36,177 nucleotides of DNA, taken from the NCBI GenBank assembly GCA_028873275.1, contig JAGWLJ010000001.1:1-36177 (forward strand), read 5' to 3'. Positions within the stretch are counted from its first letter, which is position 1. Every line of letters begins with the position of its first letter. This stretch comes from Pseudomonadota bacterium. GTDB lineage: Bacteria; Pseudomonadota; Alphaproteobacteria; Rickettsiales; SXRF01. This document shows, piece by piece, positions 29,372-36,177 of the stretch. The notes below the pieces were generated by a model. That model was given only the letters and a program-made list of their open reading frames with translations. It had not been told where the DNA came from and made no database searches. Position numbers and translations under genes: made by a program.

Positions 29372-30391
29372 CTAGGGGAATACCGCCGTCAACTGCAAGC
29401 CCGTTGTCTCCGGCCAGCCGAACATGACGTTCATGTTCTGCACGGCCTGGCCCGACGCGCCTTTGACCAGGTTGTCGATGACACTGACCAGGATGGCCTG
29501 GCCGGGGATACGGCTGGCAAAGGCATTCATCACGCAGTCATTGGTGCCGCGCACCTGATGCGTGGACGGCATGGCGCCTTCCGGCAGCACATGCACGAAG
29601 GATTCATGATCATAGGTTTTATGCAGCACAGCGCGCAGATCGGCGGCAGTATTTTTCCCTGCCAGCTGAACGTAGATGGTGGAAAGAATGCCGCGGTTCA
29701 TCGGCATCAAATGCGGAGTAAAGGTAACGTTGCAGCCGAGGCTCTGCTCGATTTCCGGCGTATGGCGGTGTACGGCGATGCCGTAAGCGCTGATGCCGCC
29801 GTCGATCTCGGTGAAAAGATTGGCCTGCTTCACGCTGCGTCCCGCTCCGGTGACGCCGGATTTGGCGTCGATGATGATGCCCTTCGCGTCGATGACGCTG
29901 GCTTTGAGCAGCGGAATCAGCGGCAGCGCCGCCGAGGTCGGGTAGCAACCGGGATTGGCCACCAGCCGCGCCTTTTTGATTTGGCCGCGTGCGATTTCGG
30001 TCAGCCCGTACACCGCTTCTTTCTGCAGGTCGATAGCCTGATGGGCATGGCTGTACCATTGCTGATACGCCTCTGGATCGGCCAGCCTGAAATCCGCCGA
30101 CAGGTCTATGATCTTAAGATGCTTCGGCAGTCTGGCAATCACCGGCTGGCTTGTGCCGTGTGGCAGGCAGCAGAAAACCAGATCGATCGCAGAAAAATCC
30201 ACCTGCTCAATAGTGACCAGCGGCGGCAATCCCTTGAAGCACAGATGCGGATAGACCTCACCGATCCCCCTGCCCGCCTGCGAATCGCCGGTCAGCGCCG
30301 CAATAGAAACCTGCGGATGCGCCAGCAGCAGGCGTATCAGCTCTGCGCCGGTATAGCCGGAAGCACCGAGAATCGCTGCGCGAATTGGCAT
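29372..30391 (-). CDS. argC: N-acetyl-gamma-glutamyl-phosphate reductase.
   Basis: 339 aa. ILGASGYTGAELIRLL is present, the catalytic Cys lies in ANPGCYPT, and the fold is semialdehyde-dehydrogenase-like. Confidence 0.9.
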   Translation of the reverse strand: MPIRAAILGASGYTGAELIRLLLAHPQVSIAALTGDSQAGRGIGEVYPHLCFKGLPPLVTIEQVDFSAIDLVFCCLPHGTSQPVIARLPKHLKIIDLSADFRLADPEAYQQWYSHAHQAIDLQKEAVYGLTEIARGQIKKARLVANPGCYPTSAALPLIPLLKASVIDAKGIIIDAKSGVTGAGRSVKQANLFTEIDGGISAYGIAVHRHTPEIEQSLGCNVTFTPHLMPMNRGILSTIYVQLAGKNTAADLRAVLHKTYDHESFVHVLPEGAMPSTHQVRGTNDCVMNAFASRIPGQAILVSVIDNLVKGASGQAVQNMNVMFGWPETTGLQLTAVFP

Positions 30392-30409
30392 GTTATCACT
30401 CGCTCGAAA

Positions 30410-31153
30410 TTATAAGCCGGGCTGCTGACCGGGATGTTCGTCTCTATTTCTTTCCACTCGCTCTTGAAAACCAGAAATTTTCGGCTGGAGATACCCCGAT
30501 AATTCCTGATCGCCAGCGCCATATTCGTAAAGTAAGCGAATTTTTCTTATACTGGCATCGTCGAAAGATTCAAAAGGTATAAACAACTCATCGCTGTCGT
30601 CTACTTTTAGTGTTTTTATGCCAAGTTTCTCCTGTATACAGGATATGGCTCCTTTAGGATAACGCACAGGCCTGTCCGTCAGGAACCCTTCAATGCCGTT
30701 CGTGAGCCGCGCAGCATACCAATGGAGGGGGTTTTGCATTCCAAAAGACGCTGACCAGTCATTGAGGAGTTGCAACGTATCTTCGATAAACTGAACACGC
30801 TGATTATGCTCCATCATAGGACGATTGATATTTTCAAAATAACCGCTGGGCCATTTTTTGAGGTCCTCGATGGCATCGTCTACATAATCCCGCGAAAATT
30901 CTATCACGAACTGGCTAGGATTCTTGCCTTCCATCACTTTCACCGCATGGTGTCCCAGCGTGTTCTGCATCTTTTTTACAAAGACTGTAATTCTATTTTT
31001 GAAATCGAGTATGTCGCGCAGTTTCTTGGATGGTACCTGATAGGCGAAATAATAGCCCGACTCTCCCATATGCATGAGTTCGCTGCCGCAGATGCGCGCC
31101 AGTTCCGCTAAACCTTCCGGCGGGCCATCGTCATTGGAACAGGAATCGTCCAT
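30410..31153 (-). CDS. Hypothetical protein (247 aa), an AT-rich orphan gene.
   Basis: Long ORF that is visibly AT-richer than the flanks, with no SD and no recognisable motif. It sits between rpsI and argC. The start is uncertain. Confidence 0.5.
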   Translation of the reverse strand: MDDSCSNDDGPPEGLAELARICGSELMHMGESGYYFAYQVPSKKLRDILDFKNRITVFVKKMQNTLGHHAVKVMEGKNPSQFVIEFSRDYVDDAIEDLKKWPSGYFENINRPMMEHNQRVQFIEDTLQLLNDWSASFGMQNPLHWYAARLTNGIEGFLTDRPVRYPKGAISCIQEKLGIKTLKVDDSDELFIPFESFDDASIRKIRLLYEYGAGDQELSGYLQPKISGFQERVERNRDEHPGQQPGL

Positions 31154-31177
31154 AGGCTGTGAAACAGCGCGGACGTA

Positions 31178-31639
31178 TTAGCGCTTGCTGAACTGGAAGC
31201 TGCGGCGGGCCTTCTTATGGCCGTATTTTTTGCGCTCGACGGTGCGGCTGTCGCGGGTGAGGAAGCCGCCCTGGCGCAATGCCTTGTGGAATACGGTGTC
31301 GTATTCATCGAGCGCGCGGCTGATACCTAGGCGAACCGCGCCGGCCTGGCCGGAAAGGCCGCCGCCGGCGACGGTGCAGGTGATATCAAAATTGCCGATG
31401 CGGTCGATGGCCGAGAAAGGCTGATTGATGATCATGCGCAGCACGGGCCGGGCGAAATACTGCTCGAAGCTTTTGCCGTTGACGGTGATCTTGCCGCTGC
31501 CGCGCTTCAGCCAGACGCGCGCGACGGCGTCCTTGCGGCGGCCGGTGCCGTAGGTGGTGAGCTCTTTCTGCTCGGGCACCTTGGCGCTTTTCTTGACGAT
31601 GGTTTCAGCTTTGGCTTCGGGTTTGGCTTTGGCGACCAC
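31178..31639 (-). CDS. rpsI: 30S ribosomal protein S9.
   Basis: 153 aa. It has a GTG start with AAGAGG 9 nt upstream, [25 protein letters not shown] and the C-terminal [12 protein letters not shown]. Confidence 0.93.
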   Translation of the reverse strand: MVAKAKPEAKAETIVKKSAKVPEQKELTTYGTGRRKDAVARVWLKRGSGKITVNGKSFEQYFARPVLRMIINQPFSAIDRIGNFDITCTVAGGGLSGQAGAVRLGISRALDEYDTVFHKALRQGGFLTRDSRTVERKKYGHKKARRSFQFSKR

Positions 31640-31644
31640 GGTGA

Positions 31645-32106
31645 TTACCTCTTATTCTTGGGATTCTTGGCGGCGAAATCGTAAACTTCCGGCTTCTGTG
31701 CCTCATGCGGATGAGCGGTGCCGGCATAGACGCGCAGGTGGCCGAATTGGCTCCGGGCCAGCGGGCTTTCCTTAGGCATCATGCGCTCGACGGCCTTTTC
31801 AATAACGCGCTCCGGATGGGCGCTGTTCAGAATAAATTCCGGCGTAGCGGTTTTGATGCCGCCGGGGTAACCGGTATGGCGGTGATAGACCTTCCGCGTC
31901 AGCTTGCGGCCGGTGAGCTTCACCTTCTCCGCGTTGATGACGACGACATGGTCGCCGGTGTCGATATGCGGCGTGAAGATGGTCTTATGCTTGCCGCGCA
32001 GGATTTTGGCGACATTGGAGGCAAGCCTGCCCAGCACAACGCCGTCGGCGTCGATAATCAGCCATTTCTTTTGTACTTCAGCCGGTTTTGCCGAATAGGT
32101 CTGCAT
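31645..32106 (-). CDS. rplM: 50S ribosomal protein L13.
   Basis: [48 protein letters not shown]. The ATG at 32106 is preferred over the TTG at 32112. Confidence 0.93.
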   Translation of the reverse strand: MQTYSAKPAEVQKKWLIIDADGVVLGRLASNVAKILRGKHKTIFTPHIDTGDHVVVINAEKVKLTGRKLTRKVYHRHTGYPGGIKTATPEFILNSAHPERVIEKAVERMMPKESPLARSQFGHLRVYAGTAHPHEAQKPEVYDFAAKNPKNKR

Positions 32107-32297
32107 GGTCAACCACCATTATTCTGATTAAAAGAGGCTGGAATTTATGGCAAAGCCACTACCAAGTCAACCATTAATTCACGGGCCGCCAGCAGGGCAT
32201 TTCCTGACAAAAAGCGCTGGCCTTTTTTATGCGCCGCTTATATTTTTCCAGCTAAACGGCGGGAATAATACAATCCGCCACCATAAAACCGAGTACC

Positions 32298-33662
32298 ATG
32301 AGGGAGTTACAGGTGAAGACAGCGATGTTCGCGGCGCTGGCCGCTGTTATTTTATTTCCGGCAGCGGCGAAAGCGGAAGGGGCCTATTTCATCGAGCTGG
32401 GCAACGGCAAGGCGCAGGAAGACGTTACCAAACAATGGGACACGCTCAGCGCTTCGCATAAACGCCTTCTGGGCGGCCTCAAGCTCTACCCCAAAACCGT
32501 GTATCAGGACGGAGCGGTAATTGCTCGCCGCATTCAGGCCGGCCCCATAGCCGGCAAGGATAAGGCCGAGAAAATATGCCGCCGCCTGTTTAAGGATAAC
32601 GTCCCCTGCTTCGTGCTGGAGGGATTAAACGACGCGCCGCCCAGCACCGTGGTCAGCATTACCGATGAGGCCCGCAGCAAAGCCTCGCAACAGGCCGCGC
32701 TGCCCTGGCTCTCCCCGCCGCCGCCCGTGGCCGCCCCGCCGCAGGAAGAAGCGAAAGGATTGCTGCCCTGGCTGCTGAACGACCATAAGGAAGAGGAAAC
32801 GGCGCAATCGCAGGAGCAGCCAAAGCCCCTGGAGATAGCGGAAGAGAAGCCCGCTGAACCGGCGCAGGAAAAATCCGCCAAAGGCGATGTGGAAGTGGCG
32901 CAGGCGGTGCGCGTGCCGCTGAGCGAGGATAACGGGGAAACGGTGGCCCCGGCGCCCGAGGTGAAGATCGCCGATCTGGCCGATTCCAATAATACTCTCT
33001 CTCCCAGCGCCGGGGCCGAACCGGCACCGGCTCCCGCCGCTGACAATCACCCCGGCTGGCTCAGCGTCGCCAGCTTCGCCGACGAGGATAACGCCACCTT
33101 CTTCTGGCAGCACGTGAAGGAATTGTCTCCCGGGCGCACGGCCGGGCTGCACGTGCGCATCATCGAGCCGGCGGTAACGCAGCGCCGCTCCGTCATGGCC
33201 ACCACGCTCAGCGTCGGCCCCTTCGCCAGCCAGAGCGATGCGATGTCCTTCTGCCACGACGCCATCGAGACGGCGGGCAGCAACCTCACCTGTCGCTTCG
33301 GCGTCAAGGAGCCTTCGCGCCATAGCCTGAGCGAAGCCGCCGTGCTGAATCATGAGCATGCCGATGCCTATGCCGCGCGCCGCCAGGCTTCCGCCCCGGC
33401 GCATGAGGAGAAACTCTACTGGGTGCAGGTGGTGTCCGCCGCCAGCCAGATAGAGGCGCTGCATGCCTGGAGCGAAGTGAAGGACAAGAACGCCGATGTG
33501 CTGAAGGGCATGCGCGGCAGCGTGACGCCTTCGCTGGCCGACAGCGGCGGCTACGCCGTGCGCGTGGGCCCCATCCGCAGCAACGACGACGCCACCAGCC
33601 TGTGCGGCACGCTGCACGACCGCGGCGTAGACTGCCACGTGCTCGGCTATTCCAGCATGTAG
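32298..33662 (+). CDS. Secreted protein with three SPOR-like (peptidoglycan-binding) domains separated by Pro/Glu/Ala-rich linkers.
   Basis: The signal peptide is ...KTAMFAALAAVILFPAAAKA/EG. A GTG at 32313, preceded by GAGGGAG, is an alternative start. The SPOR-like units are YFIELGNGKAQ...RIQAGPI..KDKAEKICRRL, WLSVASFADEDNA...LSVGPFASQSDAMSFC and YWVQVVSAASQIEA...VRVGPIRSNDDATSLC. Confidence 0.75.
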   Translation: MRELQVKTAMFAALAAVILFPAAAKAEGAYFIELGNGKAQEDVTKQWDTLSASHKRLLGGLKLYPKTVYQDGAVIARRIQAGPIAGKDKAEKICRRLFKDNVPCFVLEGLNDAPPSTVVSITDEARSKASQQAALPWLSPPPPVAAPPQEEAKGLLPWLLNDHKEEETAQSQEQPKPLEIAEEKPAEPAQEKSAKGDVEVAQAVRVPLSEDNGETVAPAPEVKIADLADSNNTLSPSAGAEPAPAPAADNHPGWLSVASFADEDNATFFWQHVKELSPGRTAGLHVRIIEPAVTQRRSVMATTLSVGPFASQSDAMSFCHDAIETAGSNLTCRFGVKEPSRHSLSEAAVLNHEHADAYAARRQASAPAHEEKLYWVQVVSAASQIEALHAWSEVKDKNADVLKGMRGSVTPSLADSGGYAVRVGPIRSNDDATSLCGTLHDRGVDCHVLGYSSM

Positions 33663-33688
33663 GCCGGATTGCTATTGACTTTCTAGCC

Positions 33689-33711
33689 CCTAATGCCTAA
33701 TCCCTAATGCC
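33689..33711. repeat. Heptanucleotide tandem repeat CCTAATG CCTAATC CCTAATG CC.
   Basis: Read directly. Three 7-nt units plus 2 nt end 10 nt before tRNA-His. TTGACT at 33675-80 lies just upstream. Confidence 0.9.
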
Positions 33712-33720
33712 TTGTCTTAT

Positions 33721-33798
33721 GGCGGGTGTAGCTCAGCTGGTTAGAGCGCCAGATTGTGATTCTGGATGTCGCCGGTTCGAATCCGGTCACTCGCCCCA
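33721..33798 (+). tRNA. tRNA-His (anticodon GTG) with encoded G-1 and CCA.
   Basis: G(-1) GCGGGTG TA GCTC AGCTGGTTA GAGC G CCAGA TTGTGAT TCTGG ATGTC GCCGG TTCGAAT CCGGT CACTCGC C CCA. The extra 5' G opposite discriminator C73 is the bacterial tRNA-His hallmark. Confidence 0.93.
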
Positions 33799-33825
33799 TA
33801 TTTCCCTTCATTATAAACGCATCCG

Positions 33826-33863
33826 CCCGCCGCCATCCCGCGTGATGCGGAATGGCGGCGGGG
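33826..33863. terminator. Strong GC-rich hairpin, a likely bidirectional terminator between tRNA-His and the convergent porin gene.
   Basis: CCCGCCGCCATCCCGC (33826-41), loop GTGAT, GCGGAATGGCGGCGGG (33847-62); 15/16 Watson-Crick pairs with one mismatch. It lies 7 nt past the porin stop, with partial T-runs on both sides. Confidence 0.6.
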
Positions 33864-33869
33864 TCTTCG

Positions 33870-35480
33870 TCAGAACGGATAGTAACGGAACGACACCATC
33901 GTGATATTCTCGTTGGTGCTCGGCGAGCCGCCGATGCCGCGGAAAATATTGCGCTTGGTGTAGGAATCCTGAAGGCCGGTTTCCATCATCCCGTAGCTGC
34001 CCTTATAGAACTTCCACCAGGCGCCGGCAGTCAGCTGCGAGATGTCCGACGTATTGGCCACGCAGCTGGTCGACGATCCCCCCTCGATGGAGCAGGTGTC
34101 GTTATGGAAGAGCGGGTTGCCGTAGCCGTAGGTGTTGGCGCCGACAGTATAGCTCGTCCTGCTTACGCGCTCCGTGCCGCCGTAGAAGTACAGGTCCCAT
34201 TGCTCATCGGGATGGCCGATCAGCCCGGCCAGCAGATCGAAGGAGGAAATGGGCGCGATATCGCCATTGGGCTTGAAGGTGATATCGGGCAATTGCGCCG
34301 AACCATAGCGTCCTATGCCCTTGCCCGCCAAGCCGCTGATCTGGAAGTCCAGCCTCTTGCTGATGACCGGCAGGATGGCGCCGGCGCCGATACCGCCGCC
34401 CATGGCCGTATTGTTCGACATGGTCGTATTGTTGCGGTCGCGGAAGAAGCGCCCCAGGCCGTAGACTTCGTAATGGCCGTAGCCGGGATCGGCCGCCAGC
34501 TTGGCGACAATATCCGGCGCGAAGTCGGTGGAGTAGGTGGAAGTCGGAGCAAAGAGCGAGCCGCCTGTATTATTGAAGGTAAGCGTTGGCGTAGTGGTGC
34601 CGCAGAAAGTAGAAACCGACGAGTTACACGACGGAAGCGCCTGCGGACTTTCGAACGATAGCCCGGCCCACAGCTTCTGGTCATAAAAATCCTCGACGAA
34701 ACGGACCTGCGGATTGCGCGTCCAGTTGAAGCCGGGAACGTACTGCGCGTCGATAGTAAGCGGAATATTTTCCTTGCGCGGCGTGATGCCCTGTTTGTCC
34801 AGGGTGACCAGGCTCCATGACTGGCCGGCCAGGATATGCATGCCCCAGTCGCTGCGATCCAGCGTGGCGTAGGCCTGGCGCAGGCGCGGGTTATAGCTGT
34901 TGCTTTCGTTGGAATTGGCTGTCGGGGCCGCGCCCAGAAAGTCGCTTTCGAAATACGCCGCCAGCGACATATTCGCATCGGGCTTGCCTTCCGCCAACAG
35001 CGACAGGCGGCTCTGCCGCGCCGAGCCGCGGAACTCGGGCATATGGTAACTGTGCGAGATGGGATAGGGCATGCTGGTGTTGAAATTGGAACCGACATCG
35101 GCCGTTTCATTGCGCGTGCGGTAAATTCCCGCCGTTTCAATGAAGCCGCCGGGAGTGATCGTCACTTTGTCACCCACCTTGATTTCGCCCTTGTTGCCGC
35201 TGCTATTGCTGCTGGCTGTCTGCACCGGCGCTTTCTCCGCTGCCGCCTTGGCGGATGCGGCATCGGCCGTAGCCGTTTTGGCGGCGGTATCGGCGGCGGC
35301 GACTTTCTTCTGCATGTCTTTAAGCTGCGCCTGCAGCTGTTCGATCTGCGCCTGCATGGCCTGAAGCTGCTTGAGCGTTGCCGCATCAGGATCGGCCATG
35401 GCCGGGGCGGCCAGCATGCTGCTGCACAGCAGGGCCGGCAGCAGCGCCCGTTTTAATCGTTGCAGTGACAGGTTTTTCAT
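33870..35480 (-). CDS. Outer-membrane beta-barrel porin with an N-terminal coiled-coil segment. From context it may be phosphate- or anion-selective.
   Basis: 536 aa. The signal peptide is ...LLCSSMLAAPAMA/DP. The coiled coil reads LKQLQAMQAQIEQLQAQLKDMQKK. Alternating amphipathic strands rich in G/Y/N/S/T follow, and the C-terminus MVSFRYYPF ends in the Phe typical of OM barrels. SD GGGAGAG is present. It starts 41 nt downstream of pstA. Confidence 0.75.
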   Translation of the reverse strand: MKNLSLQRLKRALLPALLCSSMLAAPAMADPDAATLKQLQAMQAQIEQLQAQLKDMQKKVAAADTAAKTATADAASAKAAAEKAPVQTASSNSSGNKGEIKVGDKVTITPGGFIETAGIYRTRNETADVGSNFNTSMPYPISHSYHMPEFRGSARQSRLSLLAEGKPDANMSLAAYFESDFLGAAPTANSNESNSYNPRLRQAYATLDRSDWGMHILAGQSWSLVTLDKQGITPRKENIPLTIDAQYVPGFNWTRNPQVRFVEDFYDQKLWAGLSFESPQALPSCNSSVSTFCGTTTPTLTFNNTGGSLFAPTSTYSTDFAPDIVAKLAADPGYGHYEVYGLGRFFRDRNNTTMSNNTAMGGGIGAGAILPVISKRLDFQISGLAGKGIGRYGSAQLPDITFKPNGDIAPISSFDLLAGLIGHPDEQWDLYFYGGTERVSRTSYTVGANTYGYGNPLFHNDTCSIEGGSSTSCVANTSDISQLTAGAWWKFYKGSYGMMETGLQDSYTKRNIFRGIGGSPSTNENITMVSFRYYPF

Positions 35481-35521
35481 AATCGTCTCTCCCAGTTAAA
35501 AAGTTACGTTTTTTGCCTTGA

Positions 35522-36177
35522 TTATTCGATCTGCGTCGCCGAGATCTCACTCTTGCGGCTCAGGAACCGAATGCCGAAATTAAGGAGCATAATGACCGTC
35601 AGCAGTACCAGCGCCGCCGCCCAGGCCTGGCGGTGCCAGTCTTCATAGGGGCTGACGGCATAGGTAAAGATATAAACCGGCAGCGACGGGGTGAAATCAT
35701 TGGGCGAGGTCGGCCAGTACTGGTTGCTTGATGCAGTCAGCAGCAGTGGCGCCGTTTCTCCGGCGATGCGGGCGATAGAGAGGAACAGCGCCGTGATCAG
35801 CGCCGGCAGCGCTGCCGGGATCACCACGCGCAGAGTGGTCTGCCAGCGCCGGGCGCCCAGCGCGTCGCTGGCCTGGCGTATGGAAACCGGCACCAGCCTG
35901 AGCGCGCCCTCCGCCGCCCGCATGAATATGGGAATCATCATCACGCCAAGCGCAAAGCCGCCCGCCCATCCGGAGAAATGCCCCATCGGCTTGACGACGA
36001 CGGCATAAGCAAAGATGCCGATCACGATCGAAGGCACGCTGCCCATCAGCTCGCCGATGAAGCGGACAGCGCTCGCCAGTCGCCGTGCCCGGTATTCCGA
36101 CAGGTAAATGGCGGCGAGCAGCCCGACCGGCAGGGCGAACAGCGTCGCCAGCCCGACAAGAAGCAGGCTGCCGTAAC
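35522..36177 (-). CDS. pstA: Phosphate ABC transporter permease PstA. This is the C-terminal part; the N-terminus lies beyond the window end.
   Basis: The ORF track shows only the Met-initiated part (35522..46), but the frame stays open to the window edge (...LLLVGLATLFALPVGLLAAIYLSEY...). Motifs are ALGARRWQT, IARIAGETAPLLLTA and the tail YEDWHRQAWAAALVLL, which are characteristic of PstA rather than PstC. Confidence 0.88.
   Translation of the reverse strand, partial: YGSLLLVGLATLFALPVGLLAAIYLSEYRARRLASAVRFIGELMGSVPSIVIGIFAYAVVVKPMGHFSGWAGGFALGVMMIPIFMRAAEGALRLVPVSIRQASDALGARRWQTTLRVVIPAALPALITALFLSIARIAGETAPLLLTASSNQYWPTSPNDFTPSLPVYIFTYAVSPYEDWHRQAWAAALVLLTVIMLLNFGIRFLSRKSEISATQIE

Overview
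This is a 36.2-kb, gene-dense, GC-rich chromosomal segment. By gene content and order it reads like a core region of an alphaproteobacterium, which is an inference from rpsA-sppA-ihfB-LapA-like-trpFBA, bolA/J-domain/cobS, TPR-ispE and rplM-rpsI...argC. I support about 40 CDS, two of them cut by the window edges and absent from the ORF track: a GspE/PilB ATPase at the left edge and pstA at the right. There are two tRNAs (Val-CAC, His-GTG) and a few promoters, hairpins and short repeats. I saw no rRNA, CRISPR array, transposase, integrase or prophage genes. Most long ORFs on the opposite strand of real genes are high-GC shadow ORFs. Six things deserve a second look. (1) An EF-1alpha-like CysN/CysC fusion lacks an adjacent cysD and is translationally coupled to a 1182-aa fused SudA/SudB (NfnAB)-like iron-sulfur flavoprotein. 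Its start region can be sequestered by a 10-bp pairing with a tandemly duplicated 14-mer. (2) A near-consensus Pho box lies in an AT-rich orphan spacer and points at a tiny ORF and at the 3' end of phaR. (3) The coding signal switches frame at the 5' end of the PhaC-like gene. (4) A short palindromic element is inserted in frame in the Sua5/TsaC linker, with a related copy after ihfB. (5) A 62-codon ORF sits directly upstream of a sulfotransferase. (6) Two AT-rich orphan genes are wedged into otherwise conserved gene strings (phaC-like/rpsA and rpsI/argC). No homology search could be run. All functional calls rest on motifs I recognise in the translations.
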